In this document: positions 27,512-38,195 of the stretch, piece by piece
Layout of the letters: every line of letters starts with the position of its first letter
Position numbering within the stretch: the stretch's first letter is position 1
Program-made: the position numbers and the translations under genes
Sequence record: AP017925.1
DNA length: 64,000 bases
Direction: 5' to 3' (one strand)
The notes under the pieces: model-generated
Seen by the model: the letters and a program-made list of their open reading frames with translations, nothing else
What the model was told of the DNA's origin: nothing
The model's database searches: none

Positions 27512-27586
27512 GACATAAATGCCCCCTCCAATAGCGCTTAAACGGCCCTAGAACCGTTTAAGACGCTCTGGAGAGGGATTATGTCG
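27512..27586. terminator. long imperfect hairpin flanked by ACATAA/TTATGT
   Basis: CCCTCCA..AGCG.CTTAAACGG / CCGTTTAAG.CGCT..TGGAGAGGG. Confidence 0.6.
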
Positions 27587-27589
27587 TCA

Positions 27590-29146
27590 TTATGACGGAA
27601 AGCGCTGTAGAGCCTGCAAAGCCGTCTTGGTAATGACGTAGCTTTCCAGTGCCGGATTACTCATCTCGGTGTTCTGCTTGATGAAGAACCGGCTGGTGGC
27701 TGCTCGATCCTTGGGATCTTCCAGCACTGACAGCTCAACCAGCGACACCACCACCATTGCACAACGCACGTACATCCACGCCATGTGTGCATATGGCTGT
27801 TGGATCGACGCGATTACCGCATTGGCGATCTTGAAGTATTCCGCCGCAAAGCTCAGGAACTGCGGCTCTGCATTGGATTGCGCTTGTTTGTTCAGGACGT
27901 CCATAGCTTTCTGGAAATCCTTGGCAAACGAGTCGTTCTTCTTGGCCAACGCCTCGAAGCCCTTCAGATTGTGCAGGACGTTGACCACTTGATCAACCAT
28001 CTTGAGCAGTTCGTCGACGTTCGGTACGTTCATCGACGTTTGTGCCACAACGCCCGCCTTCTTGTCGAAGACCAGGGAAGCACCATAATGCCGGATGCCT
28101 GCGGTGATCTTCTGCGGATCGCTGCCGCCGTTGTTCTTGGGAGCATGTGCTACCAGATAACGGTTATCCAGCAACGAAGCCAGACACACGAACTTGCGAT
28201 CCGGGAAGGCGTTGAGTGCAGACTGCGGAGTCTGACCCGGCTGAGTCGTGATCTCTGCTTCCTTCCAAGTCTGCAGCCAGTGGCGTTCGATGGAGTCGCG
28301 CAGCTCAATCAGTTGCTCAGCATCCGGTTTTTTGGTCGCTTGCAGCATTTGCATGCCAGCCAGTAGCTTTTCCATCACCACCGTACTGTAGCTATCAGCA
28401 GCACGCAGGACATGACGGGTTGCGTCATTCTGCACTGTCATAACGTCTTCGAACGCACTCCAGCCACTGATGGGCTTACCGTCGACTTGGAAGAAGCGCG
28501 AGTAAGCGCCGTAGTCGAAGACATCCGACAACGGGAATTCACGTTTCTCCAACAACGGGCGCAGCTCCAGCAATCGAGCACGGAGTTTCTCTGACATCTC
28601 AACGTAATGGTTCAACGCCTTAGCGGTAAGCTTGAACTGAATCGGAATCTCGCGACCAAAACCTTGCACGATCTTCCGGAACAGACCAGCCGTGATCTCA
28701 GCAAAGCCTTCGTTGCTCGGGACGACGATTCCGCTTACTTCAACAGCACCCATTACGCCGGGACCGTATTGATCCCACAGATCGGTAGGTCCGCCTACCA
28801 GTACAGCAGTGCTGCCTGCCCCAGCATTCAGCGGTCTAGTCAGCGCGTAAGGCGAGTCGCCATCCGGATGCAGCTTGCCATCGTTATCCACGTAGGCTTC
28901 CACTGCGGCTTTATCAGCCACGGCCAGCACCTCGCCGTTTTTGTTGGCACTTGCCAGCGTCTTGAAGTCGTTGACACGCTGTTGCTGATGCTCGGACAGC
29001 TTGACCGCTGGCTCGTCAGCCACCACAGCCTGAGCCAGCGCCTCCAAGGAACCTTGGAGTTCATCGATCTGCCGGGATTGCTCTTGCAGACCTTCGTCCA
29101 GCAATTCCCCGCTCTCGATGTTATTCTGCAGTTCAGTTTCGTTCAT
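27590..29146 (-). CDS. internal head protein (phiKZ gp93-97-like paralog family)
   Basis: Acidic propeptide with SLE motif; tandem with paralogs. Confidence 0.65.
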   Translation of the reverse strand: MNETELQNNIESGELLDEGLQEQSRQIDELQGSLEALAQAVVADEPAVKLSEHQQQRVNDFKTLASANKNGEVLAVADKAAVEAYVDNDGKLHPDGDSPYALTRPLNAGAGSTAVLVGGPTDLWDQYGPGVMGAVEVSGIVVPSNEGFAEITAGLFRKIVQGFGREIPIQFKLTAKALNHYVEMSEKLRARLLELRPLLEKREFPLSDVFDYGAYSRFFQVDGKPISGWSAFEDVMTVQNDATRHVLRAADSYSTVVMEKLLAGMQMLQATKKPDAEQLIELRDSIERHWLQTWKEAEITTQPGQTPQSALNAFPDRKFVCLASLLDNRYLVAHAPKNNGGSDPQKITAGIRHYGASLVFDKKAGVVAQTSMNVPNVDELLKMVDQVVNVLHNLKGFEALAKKNDSFAKDFQKAMDVLNKQAQSNAEPQFLSFAAEYFKIANAVIASIQQPYAHMAWMYVRCAMVVVSLVELSVLEDPKDRAATSRFFIKQNTEMSNPALESYVITKTALQALQRFPS

Positions 29147-29147
29147 C

Positions 29148-30320
29148 TCACTTCCCTACGTTTTCGTAACGTTCAATCGACTGCGAGCACCAGCGCAGCA
29201 GTGCCTGCATCGTACGCATGATAAAGCGCAGGTGAACGATGTAGCTGTTTTGGCCGATTGCCGTGATATTCCGCAGCGCCACGACCGAACTCTGATCCGG
29301 GTCCTTCGACTTGACGAAAGCAGCTTCACGCAGGATCTTGCGCATCAGCTCTTCGTCACGCGAGAAGCGTACGACGTTCTCGCACACCTTCAGCGCAGTA
29401 CGGCACACGCGACGGATTTCATCCGGTGTCAGTACCGGGAAGAATGCCACACGCAGCGGAACTTCGGAATCACGGCGAATGTTGCAGTGATAAGTGAAAG
29501 TACCGTTCTCACGCACTTCCTTACCAATCACACCAGTGATGTAGTTCTGGCCGAACAGCGCCTCACTGGCATAGAAGTCCAGTGAATCGTTCTTTTTTTC
29601 AGTAAAGACGGAGAGTGTGTTCGGATCAATCGGGTTCAAGGATTCCTTGATGCCGGCTTCGAGCTTGTCACGCAGGATATCGGCTTCCTTTTTGACCCGG
29701 TCGTATTCCTTGGCGCGAGCCGCACCCACCAGTCGCACCACTTCCGCTACAGCCGAGAAACGATACTGTTGCTCAAACGTATCAGCCAGACGGTCAAACA
29801 GCTCTGGCGTCTTCTGCGGTGCAATGCCGTCGATGTTGAGCGCTACCATAATGGAGCGATCTTTGATGTTGAGCTGAGCGGCGATGGAAGACGACAGCGA
29901 ATCAGCTCGACCGATGTAGTTCTTGATCGGCAGGATCAGCTTGCGCGCAGTGATCTTCTGGTTGGCGAAGAAGTCGAAGAGCGTCTTGAAGATACGCTCC
30001 ACCAAAGCGTACAGGTAGAGGATCACTTTCTTCAGTCGGCTATGCTTGACCTTGTCTTCTTCTTCTTCCTCATCGGCGCTCTCCAGAGCAGCCGTCGGGA
30101 TGTTGAAGCGATCGATGTAGTTCTCCACCGCGACTTCCAGCTTTTGGAGATCGATCGCAGTAGGGTCAAAAGGATCAATGCCGTTAGCAGTTTCCTCCAG
30201 ACTCTGAGCTGCGTCGAGCGCCTCATTAGCGTACGCGATGGCTTCTTCTACTTCTTGGGGGTTGACGATCGGATGGTCTTCTTGGAGAGCAGTCCTGAAC
30301 CCGTCCTGCGTACCGCCCAT
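29148..30320 (-). CDS. internal head protein paralog
   Basis: ALQE, SLEE, ALES motifs, then the helical LxxLxxxIxxxF segment; start at 30320 (GGAGG) or 30347. Confidence 0.7.
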   Translation of the reverse strand: MGGTQDGFRTALQEDHPIVNPQEVEEAIAYANEALDAAQSLEETANGIDPFDPTAIDLQKLEVAVENYIDRFNIPTAALESADEEEEEDKVKHSRLKKVILYLYALVERIFKTLFDFFANQKITARKLILPIKNYIGRADSLSSSIAAQLNIKDRSIMVALNIDGIAPQKTPELFDRLADTFEQQYRFSAVAEVVRLVGAARAKEYDRVKKEADILRDKLEAGIKESLNPIDPNTLSVFTEKKNDSLDFYASEALFGQNYITGVIGKEVRENGTFTYHCNIRRDSEVPLRVAFFPVLTPDEIRRVCRTALKVCENVVRFSRDEELMRKILREAAFVKSKDPDQSSVVALRNITAIGQNSYIVHLRFIMRTMQALLRWCSQSIERYENVGK

Positions 30321-30374
30321 GCTAGAACCTCCAGCAAAAATTTGCATGATGAGTATCTCTTTATAAAAGACAAA

Positions 30375-30418
30375 AGGGAGTAAGGGAGCCGAAGCCCCCT
30401 TACTCTCTCGTTATGCCG
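30375..30418. terminator. hairpin flanked by TTATGCCG
   Basis: GGGAGTAAGGG-AGCCGAAGCC-CCCTTACTCTC then GTTATGCCG. Confidence 0.7.
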
Positions 30419-30433
30419 TCAGGACAGAATTGC

Positions 30434-31735
30434 TTACCGTGCCTTCGAAACCGCGATCGACTTCTGGACGTAACGCACGTAGTTGGTCGAGTTCTGCAGA
30501 TTCAGACGCAGCAGTTGCGGGATCACCGCAGTCGCTACCGTCGTCAGAACCTTCAGATATACCGCCGCGTACTTCGAAGCAGCTTCACCTTCAGCAACCT
30601 TGGCAAAACCTTCGATCTTCTGCAGACGATCTTCCAGTGCCTTCTGGTCATCGGCCCAACGGACGATCAGATCCAGCATGTTCTTTGCCAGATGCGGATC
30701 GGCCACCACGATGGTGTCGTCGTCAACGATTTCCGGCTGCTTCGGAGACAGCCCTGCTTTCAGATACGACTTCTCGCTGATCGGAGCGGAGTACGCCAGA
30801 TACAGACGCACACCGCCGATCATCGGCTCAGTCAGACTGACGCGCAGCTGCTGGCCTTCCGGCAGTTCCGGTTTTTCAGCCAAATCGCTAGCGACTCCGG
30901 GCTCGTCGAAGACGTGCTGCTGCAGACCCTTCAGAACCTTTGCGGTGTTCTCGAAGATGGCCAGCTGATCGCTGTTCGAACCCTTCTGAGACAGTTCGTT
31001 CAGGCTCGAAACGAACGCATCATTGAAGAAGCCGTACAGGGTCTTCGTAGCCAGAGCACCGTAGGCTTTGAATTGCTGATTAGCATCGCCGCGGTCAGCA
31101 ACCAAGCGCAGGGACTTGATGAACTTCTCGTCTTCGATAACGAGGCCGGAGTTGATGGAACCGACTTGCGGGATCAACTTCTTGGCCTCTTCGGCGACGT
31201 TCATGGAACGGGACAGGATCTTGCGAATCAAGCCGACGATCCAGGCAACGATGCGCTTAGCGGCAGCAGCCAGTCGAGCCAAGATTTCCTTGGACTTGGA
31301 CTTGGCTGCATCACCAACAGCTTCGGTTTGTTCAGCAGCGGAAGCATCAGCGGCGCCGTCCTCCAAAGCCGAGACCGGATTGGGAATCTTCGCACGTGCG
31401 CAGATCTGCTCCAGACCAAAAGCCAGCGATGCTACGCTAGCCTTGTTGGCCTGACCTGACTTAACGGTCATCTCGCAGATGTGAGCCAGCTCTTCGAGCG
31501 CAGCAACGGCTTTGTTGGCTTCCGCCAAATCGCCCTGCATCTCATCGCCAGCTTCAGCGATCGCGTCGGTATCGTTCTCGAAGCACTCATCGCGCAGTTC
31601 TGCATTCTCGGCATCCATCGTTGCGTTCTGCTGTTGCAGTTCAGCAACGCTGTCTTGCGGAGTAATGCTGGTCTCCGTTACCGCACCCGTCTCCAATCCT
31701 TCGAGTGCGGCAGAGATGTAAAGATTACGTTTCAT
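30434..31735 (-). CDS. internal head protein paralog
   Basis: MKRNLYISAALE leader, ALEE and ALED motifs; N-terminal half clearly similar to 31745..33184. Confidence 0.85.
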   Translation of the reverse strand: MKRNLYISAALEGLETGAVTETSITPQDSVAELQQQNATMDAENAELRDECFENDTDAIAEAGDEMQGDLAEANKAVAALEELAHICEMTVKSGQANKASVASLAFGLEQICARAKIPNPVSALEDGAADASAAEQTEAVGDAAKSKSKEILARLAAAAKRIVAWIVGLIRKILSRSMNVAEEAKKLIPQVGSINSGLVIEDEKFIKSLRLVADRGDANQQFKAYGALATKTLYGFFNDAFVSSLNELSQKGSNSDQLAIFENTAKVLKGLQQHVFDEPGVASDLAEKPELPEGQQLRVSLTEPMIGGVRLYLAYSAPISEKSYLKAGLSPKQPEIVDDDTIVVADPHLAKNMLDLIVRWADDQKALEDRLQKIEGFAKVAEGEAASKYAAVYLKVLTTVATAVIPQLLRLNLQNSTNYVRYVQKSIAVSKAR

Positions 31736-31744
31736 GGTGATCCT

Positions 31745-33184
31745 TTATTTCTCGGCCTTGTCCACAGCCTTGGACACTGCGATGGACTTCTCGACGTAAG
31801 CGTTGATACGCTTCGCATTCATCATGCAAAGGTTCAGCACATGCGGCAGCGTGTTGGCAGCCAGGCCGGAGAACATGGAGAGGAACACGTGGTTGTACGT
31901 GGTCGACCATTGACCACTCCAGTGACGCTCCGTGACACCTTGGCCCAGACGCTCCAGACGACTCAGGCTCTTCTGCACCGAACGGAACTCGGACATCCAG
32001 CGCTCTACCGATTGCAGCAGTTTGTCAGCATCCTTAGCCGACAGCACCGGGATCGATTCAGGCGCACGCAGCTTCGGATCGGATGCGCGACCGATCTTCA
32101 GCATGATTTCCTTGGCATCGGACGGGTTCTGGCGCCAGGCCATATACAGCTGAACACCACCCACGAGTTGCGGCGTAGCCCACACGTCGATGTCATTGCC
32201 TTTCGGAGCACCGTCGATCGAACCGGAGCGCGGTTCGAACGGGAACAGGTCTTCTTGCGCTGCTTTCACAACCGGCAGAATCACACGATCCCACGGAGCA
32301 CTGACTTGCTTGGTGTCGCGCAGTTCTTCGAACATATCTTCCATCAGCTTGCTGAAATCAGCATCGAAGAAGTTGAGCGCGTTCTGAGCAAAGACGTGGA
32401 AGTTGTAGTAGTATTCCGCCACCGAGTCATTACCTTCGGGGATGCGGAGCGACTTGATGAAGCCCTGGTCGGTGATTTCCTTGCTGTCGTCGATCTGCGA
32501 CAAGCTCGCGCGCAGTTCTTTGGCCTTCTCCGCCACCTTTCCGGTGTTGGTGAAGAGATTGCGGAAGAACGACATCACTGCTTGGATGATGCGCTTGATA
32601 CCTTCCACCAGCTTCTTGCCGATGTTGGCGGCCAGGGTCTTGGCTTTTTCGCCGATGGAAGCAGCTTGTTCTTCCGGCTCACCACCTTCAGCTTCCAGAG
32701 CCGGCAGCAGGCTCTTGACGCCGATGCGATCGGTAATCTGTTCCAGACCGAAAGCGAGGCCAGCCACGCTGGCGCGGTTGGCCTGACCCGACTTGACGGT
32801 CAGTTCAGCCAGGTGGGCCAGCTCTTCAAGAGCAGCGCCAGCAGCCACTGCTTCGTTCAGGTCTTCCTGCACGGAGTCCGATGCGGACTCGATAACGTCA
32901 GCATCGTTGTCGAAGCACTCGTTTTGCAGCTCTGCGTTTTCGGTAGCGAGCTGGGTGTTCTGTTCCATCAGCTCGGCAACGGCATCGGTGCTGGAGTCCA
33001 TGTTGACTTCAGTCACTTCACCTGCGGCCTGGGCAGCTTGTTGCTGTTGTTCGGTAACGCCAGCGGCAGTGACACCATCGGTAGACTGAGCACCAGCTTC
33101 GCCACCGCCATTCTCACCACCAGTGGCCGCTTGTTCTTGCTGCAGCTCTTCGAGAGCTGCCACGATAAAGGGATTGCGTTTCAT
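31745..33184 (-). CDS. internal head protein paralog
   Basis: MKRNPFIVAALE leader; shares LEELAH...VKSGQAN.ASVA.LAFGLEQI with the downstream paralog. Confidence 0.85.
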   Translation of the reverse strand: MKRNPFIVAALEELQQEQAATGGENGGGEAGAQSTDGVTAAGVTEQQQQAAQAAGEVTEVNMDSSTDAVAELMEQNTQLATENAELQNECFDNDADVIESASDSVQEDLNEAVAAGAALEELAHLAELTVKSGQANRASVAGLAFGLEQITDRIGVKSLLPALEAEGGEPEEQAASIGEKAKTLAANIGKKLVEGIKRIIQAVMSFFRNLFTNTGKVAEKAKELRASLSQIDDSKEITDQGFIKSLRIPEGNDSVAEYYYNFHVFAQNALNFFDADFSKLMEDMFEELRDTKQVSAPWDRVILPVVKAAQEDLFPFEPRSGSIDGAPKGNDIDVWATPQLVGGVQLYMAWRQNPSDAKEIMLKIGRASDPKLRAPESIPVLSAKDADKLLQSVERWMSEFRSVQKSLSRLERLGQGVTERHWSGQWSTTYNHVFLSMFSGLAANTLPHVLNLCMMNAKRINAYVEKSIAVSKAVDKAEK

Positions 33185-33243
33185 GATGTTTGGTCCGACT
33201 ATAGGTTATCAAAAAGAGGAAGCCGTAAACCGCTAGCGCTTAC

Positions 33244-33252
33244 GGTAATTTT
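33244..33252 (-). promoter_or_regulatory. possible middle-type promoter motif AAAATTACC
   Basis: On the minus strand about 60 nt upstream of 33184; resembles the phiKZ middle consensus as recalled. Confidence 0.25.
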
Positions 33253-33272
33253 GACCTCGATCACAATATAGC

Positions 33273-33317
33273 CAGCATAGAAGGCAATAGGCACGGGTGT
33301 GCCTATTGCCCCTATGT
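33273..33317. terminator. GCATAG-hairpin-CTATG element
   Basis: GGCAATAGGCAC-GG-GTGTGCCTATTGCC. Confidence 0.7.
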
Positions 33318-33356
33318 TTGGTTACACGGAGTCGAGAAGACGCCTATGTCGGCCGC

Positions 33357-34781
33357 TTATTCCTTGTGGCCGCCGCGATTGGCAGCCTTGGCTTCAGCGA
33401 TCGAGAAGCGAATCCAGCGGGTCGCGCCGAAGTGGTTGAAGTACAGGCCGTGAGCGGCACCGAACACGCAACCGGCGGACAGGTCAGCCAGAACGCGCAT
33501 CAGGTTGCTGTACTTCGACAGCAGCTTGCGAGCAACTTCGCGGTCATCCTTGTCGTAGCTGTGACGGGCCTTGTACTTCGGCTCGAAGTCAGCGTCGAAC
33601 AGGGCGTCCAGAGCGGACATCACTGCGCGCTCGGCGCGAACAGCGGTTTCCTTCAGGTGCTTGATGTCGGCCGGCGAAGCGATCTTCACGCCAGCCGAGA
33701 AATCACGCTTGCCTTCTTCGAACACGACCTTGGTGCCTTCCAGGCCACCGGTGTTGTCCACGGTCACGCGTTCCGGCAGGTTCACTTCAACCTTGACGGA
33801 GCTGTGCTGGAAACGGGACTCGCCCATGTCCTGCAGGCCCTTGGCGGTGCTGATGCAGCGGTTCATCGCAGCAACAACGGTCTCGGGCTTGTCGGTGGCC
33901 CAGGAGTTCGACAGGGCGCGCATTTCGCCGACCAGCTTGTTCTCGACGAGGCGGATCACTTCGTCGAATTCCGAGCCGGCGTTATCGACGGCGGCGATCG
34001 GGTTCTTGGTCGAGGACGGTGCATAGAAGCGCTCTTGCACGGTCTTTTCCCACTTGGCGCTCTGGAACGGCTTGCCAGCGTGACCATTGAGGATCTGGCC
34101 TTCTTTCTCCAGCTTCTCGTAGATCTTCGGCAGGCCGCGGAAGTAATCCGCGAAGCGCTTCAGCTTCTCGCCGGTCAGCTCGAAAGCTTTCTTGGCGAAC
34201 TTGGCCACAGCAGCCCACACCTTTTCGGCGCGTTCTTTGACCACGTCGACGAAGCCTTCGGTAGCGACGCGTTGGTCGAAGCCGAAGGATTCCAGAGCCA
34301 CGCTTTCTTGCAGCGGCTCGCCGATGCCGGCCGCGTCGATAGCGGTGGTCAGCATCTGCACGGTTTCCGGGGTCAGACCTGCGCCCGGCTCGCCGACGGC
34401 AGCGGGAGCGCCTTCACCTGCTTCACCAGCTTCGCCGGCTTCAGCTTGAACCGGCTCCAGGCTGGCTTCAGCTTGTTCGGCGATGTCTTCCAGGGCAGCA
34501 CCCATGCGGCAGAAGCGCATGGCGACGGATTGGAGGTGTTCCAGCGCCAGGGTATGTTCCTGGCTTTCCGCGACGGCGTCGATCTCGTCGTGGTCGGCAA
34601 TGGCGGCGTCTTCGCCGAATTCCTTGGCGGCCTTCACGTCGTCGGTCGACGGTTCAGCCAGGCTGCCGTCTTCCTTGAAGCCGGGTTTCGGCTGCAGGGT
34701 CGACACTTCGGTCACTTCGGAGATATCCACCGCACCGGATGCTTCGCTTTCCAGTGCCGCGGTGAAAAAGTTTCGTTTCAT
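33357..34781 (-). CDS. internal head protein paralog
   Basis: MKRNFFTAALE leader; ALE, SLE, ALES, ATE motifs. Confidence 0.85.
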   Translation of the reverse strand: MKRNFFTAALESEASGAVDISEVTEVSTLQPKPGFKEDGSLAEPSTDDVKAAKEFGEDAAIADHDEIDAVAESQEHTLALEHLQSVAMRFCRMGAALEDIAEQAEASLEPVQAEAGEAGEAGEGAPAAVGEPGAGLTPETVQMLTTAIDAAGIGEPLQESVALESFGFDQRVATEGFVDVVKERAEKVWAAVAKFAKKAFELTGEKLKRFADYFRGLPKIYEKLEKEGQILNGHAGKPFQSAKWEKTVQERFYAPSSTKNPIAAVDNAGSEFDEVIRLVENKLVGEMRALSNSWATDKPETVVAAMNRCISTAKGLQDMGESRFQHSSVKVEVNLPERVTVDNTGGLEGTKVVFEEGKRDFSAGVKIASPADIKHLKETAVRAERAVMSALDALFDADFEPKYKARHSYDKDDREVARKLLSKYSNLMRVLADLSAGCVFGAAHGLYFNHFGATRWIRFSIAEAKAANRGGHKE

Positions 34782-34872
34782 GTTGGTGTACTCGATTCTG
34801 TCAAGTCGATGGAGGCTAGTGGAATGAAGCCCGTCGTAAGATAGGCTCCATTCCTTCTAAGCAGGCTGTGGA

Positions 34873-36201
34873 TTACTCACCTTTCTTGGTGAAGGCACCC
34901 TTAACCTTGTTGCCAGCAGCGGCGGCAGCTTCGCCAGCCTTCTCGCCCAGGCTCTTGTCGCCGCGGTGAGCGGAGATAGCAGCCTGGCAGTATTGCAGCG
35001 CGATGGTCGAGGCGCTGGTTGCGTAAGCGTAAGCAGCAACCTGCGGACCCTTGATGATGCGCGGTACGACGGCCTGCATCGCCTTGAGTTGCTTGGAGTC
35101 TTCACCAGCAGCACGGTTCTTGCTGGCAGCCTTGTCGAGTTCCTTGTTCAGGGCGTCCAGTTGGCCGATGTTCGACTGGTAGATCTTGACCAGTTGGCCC
35201 AGGCCGACGATGTATTCGGCGATGGCCTTGATCTCTTCACCGTTCGGTGCGGCAACTTCGTTCAGCGGCTTGACTTCGTCGACCTTGCTGATGCCGTGGT
35301 TCCAGTATTGCAGAGCTTCCCAGTTGTCCGGGTAGCTCACCCACGCACGGTAACCGCCGAAGAACGGCTTGGTCAGCAGGGTTTCGGTGCCAGCACCGGC
35401 CTTGACGGCTTGCGCTTGAGCCGGAGTGGCCTTCTCGTGGTAGGAACCAGCTGCCTTCGCCAGAGCGTCGGTGAAGCGTTCCATCACACCTTCGGCCGAG
35501 GAGCTGCCCGAAGCAACCACGTCGATGCAGGTGCGGCATTCCTTGGTCAGGATTTCGGCGGACTTGCCGCCTTGGTCGGTAGCGTGTTCGCTCACCGCCA
35601 TCAGCACTTCACCCACCTCGACGTTCTTGTAAGTGGCGATCTTGGCCAGCAGGCCCTTGTCGTCGATCTTGGCACCGGTACTGGTGTTCAGGTCTTTCAG
35701 CTGATCGATGATCTTCTGCGCTTCGGCAGCGTTCTTGACGATGCGGTCGGTGTAGCGAGCCCAGGTTTCACGAACCCACTGAGCGATGCGCTTACCGAAG
35801 TTGCGCAGCATTTCCCAGACCTTGGCAGCGAAGGCCTTGACCTTTTCCAGCACGCCCTTCTTGGACTTGTCTTCCAGCAGCTTCTGCGCACCGCCGGCGG
35901 CTTCAGCCATGTCGTTGGATTCGAGGGCCACGTTCACGGCCTTCTCGACGAACGGTTCCAGCGGAGCTTCCGGAGCACCCGGGGCTTCATCGATCAGGGA
36001 GATGATGTCTTCCAGACCTTGAGCCGATTCGGTGATCATGGCCAGGTCGTTGTCGATGTCCTCGGATTCTTGCGGGAAGTCGACGCCGGCGGTTTCAGCT
36101 TCGAATTCGCCGTCGGTGGGTTGTTCAGCAACGATTTCGGAGTTCACGTCTTCCGCGAACTCTTCCAGCGCAGCCATGGTTTTTGCGAAGGATTGTTTCA
36201 T
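34873..36201 (-). CDS. internal head protein paralog
   Basis: Start MKQSFAKTMAALEEF at 36201; ALES before the core. Confidence 0.85.
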   Translation of the reverse strand: MKQSFAKTMAALEEFAEDVNSEIVAEQPTDGEFEAETAGVDFPQESEDIDNDLAMITESAQGLEDIISLIDEAPGAPEAPLEPFVEKAVNVALESNDMAEAAGGAQKLLEDKSKKGVLEKVKAFAAKVWEMLRNFGKRIAQWVRETWARYTDRIVKNAAEAQKIIDQLKDLNTSTGAKIDDKGLLAKIATYKNVEVGEVLMAVSEHATDQGGKSAEILTKECRTCIDVVASGSSSAEGVMERFTDALAKAAGSYHEKATPAQAQAVKAGAGTETLLTKPFFGGYRAWVSYPDNWEALQYWNHGISKVDEVKPLNEVAAPNGEEIKAIAEYIVGLGQLVKIYQSNIGQLDALNKELDKAASKNRAAGEDSKQLKAMQAVVPRIIKGPQVAAYAYATSASTIALQYCQAAISAHRGDKSLGEKAGEAAAAAGNKVKGAFTKKGE

Positions 36202-36276
36202 TTCAGGTATCCGAAAAATGGAGTTGGCGATCAGAGAGTGGGACAAGCCCACTCTCCTCACTCAGACAGTTGTTGA

Positions 36277-38052
36277 TCAGGCAGCTGCGCCAGCGGGAGC
36301 AGCAGCTTCGGCAGGAGCGCCGGCCAGGGAAGCAGCCACGTAGTCCAGAGCGTAGCTCAGGTTGCGCGGCAGGGCACGGTTGATCGCGTGGATCGGCATC
36401 TTCGGGGTAACCATCAGGATGCTGTTGATGAACAGCATGACCTGACGAGCCTTCGCAGCGATGCCACCTTCAGCGGCAGCGCTACCCAGATGGCTCTGGG
36501 ACAGAGCAGCGATCGTGTCCTTGTACTTCTTGATCTCGGTGTTGAGTTCCTTCACACCACCGCGATTGCCTTCGGACGCTTCACGTACAGCCTTGGCGAC
36601 GGCCAGCACTTGCGCGCAGACCTTGGTCGCTTCGTTCGAGTTCAGCGCCGGCAGCGAAGCGCCTTCGGCCTTCTTGGTCGAAGCAACGACGCTGCTCATC
36701 TTGCCGATGCCGGCAGTGCTGTTCGGGATGGAGGTAACCAGCACTTGGTTGTCGAACAGGCTCACGCCGAACGAGGTGCAACCTTCAACACTGGTGCCTT
36801 CCGGCAGCGAGCGATCGTCGCCGGACTTTTCCATCTCGCTGGCCCAACGAGCCAGCACGCCGGAGATCTTGCCACGGATCTCTTCATCCTTCTCCGGATT
36901 TTTGACCAGCTCTTCGCACAGCGCCAGTGCTTCCAGGTACTGTTTGTAGGCCTTCGGATCGTTCAGCTTTTCAGCAGCCTTGCCCAGATTGGCGACGAAA
37001 CCAGCGATGTCCTTGACCGGAGCGCCGTTCACCGACATCTTGGTGGCCAGCGACTTGCTGTCGATGGAACCGTCCTTCATCTTCGAGTTCTTCACGCGCT
37101 CGGACAGCTTTTCAGCGCGGCGTTCCACAGCCACGAAGGCATTGGTCAGACGCTGATAGGTCTCGACGGCCCACTTAGCCAGGTTGTCGAATGCGGTGCC
37201 GATAGCGGCCAGGATGCGCTTGATGAACGCAACGACCTGATCCTTGGCGTTGTTGGCGCCATCGATCTTGGCCGACGGAGTTTCCATGTCTTCCAGGGCC
37301 GGCAGCATCAGGTTCTTGACCTTCAGCGACCGGGTGACGGTGTTGACGTTGTTGCGCAGCAACGAGGCGCCGTAGATGTCCAGGCCGCCGCGTTGAGCAG
37401 CAGCGTCCAGAATGGCCACGCAGCCTTCCAGGGATTCGGTAGCGGCTTCGAGCTTCTCGACGTCTTCCTGCACGTCGCCTTCTTTGTCTTCGATCTGGTC
37501 GACGGCTTCCATCTCGCCTTCGACTTCTTCAGCTTCGGCTTCGCCTACGTCTTCGCCTTCGGCACCGCCGGCAGCAGCTGCCGGTTCACCGGTTGCTTCA
37601 GCCGCGCTAGTAGCAGCAGCGGCTGCTTGAGCAGCTTGGGTATCGTCGGCGGAAGTAGCGGCTGCAGCGGAAGCGGCCGGATCGCCGCCTTCACCTGCTT
37701 CACCACCAGCGGCCGCGCCGGTCTCACCGCCTTCGCCGGCGCCAGCGCCAGCTTCGCCGCCTTCAGCAGCACCACCTTCAGCAGCGCCCGCAGCCGCGCC
37801 ACCAGCTTCACCACCTTCACCTGCAGCACCAGCGGCTGCGCCGCTTTCGCCACCTTCACCACCGGCTTCACCGCCAGCAGCACCAGCTTCACCACCGGCC
37901 GCGCCTGCTTCGCCGCTAGCCGGAGCTGCAGCAGCTGCAGCGCCATCAGCGCCGTCGGTCTTGGCTTCGCCGCTTTCACCCGCGCCGGGTGCTTGGTCTT
38001 CTTCGTTGAATTCTTCCAGGGCGGCCATGCCCAGAGCAGACTTGAACTTCAT
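36277..38052 (-). CDS. internal head protein paralog with long Gly/Ala/Glu propeptide (phiKZ gp93-like)
   Basis: MKFKSALGMAALEEF; GGEAG repeats; SLE and ALE motifs. Confidence 0.85.
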   Translation of the reverse strand: MKFKSALGMAALEEFNEEDQAPGAGESGEAKTDGADGAAAAAAPASGEAGAAGGEAGAAGGEAGGEGGESGAAAGAAGEGGEAGGAAAGAAEGGAAEGGEAGAGAGEGGETGAAAGGEAGEGGDPAASAAAATSADDTQAAQAAAAATSAAEATGEPAAAAGGAEGEDVGEAEAEEVEGEMEAVDQIEDKEGDVQEDVEKLEAATESLEGCVAILDAAAQRGGLDIYGASLLRNNVNTVTRSLKVKNLMLPALEDMETPSAKIDGANNAKDQVVAFIKRILAAIGTAFDNLAKWAVETYQRLTNAFVAVERRAEKLSERVKNSKMKDGSIDSKSLATKMSVNGAPVKDIAGFVANLGKAAEKLNDPKAYKQYLEALALCEELVKNPEKDEEIRGKISGVLARWASEMEKSGDDRSLPEGTSVEGCTSFGVSLFDNQVLVTSIPNSTAGIGKMSSVVASTKKAEGASLPALNSNEATKVCAQVLAVAKAVREASEGNRGGVKELNTEIKKYKDTIAALSQSHLGSAAAEGGIAAKARQVMLFINSILMVTPKMPIHAINRALPRNLSYALDYVAASLAGAPAEAAAPAGAAA

Positions 38053-38195
38053 GGTTTTTTCTCCATTCGAATGGAATTAATCTAAAGAAATCGCGCGATT
38101 CTTGAATAGGACAAATTCCCCGCCAGCATAAATGACGGCGAGGCTGTTCTATACAATGGTGTTTTGGCTAGGCGGTATTTACACCGCCTAGGCCA

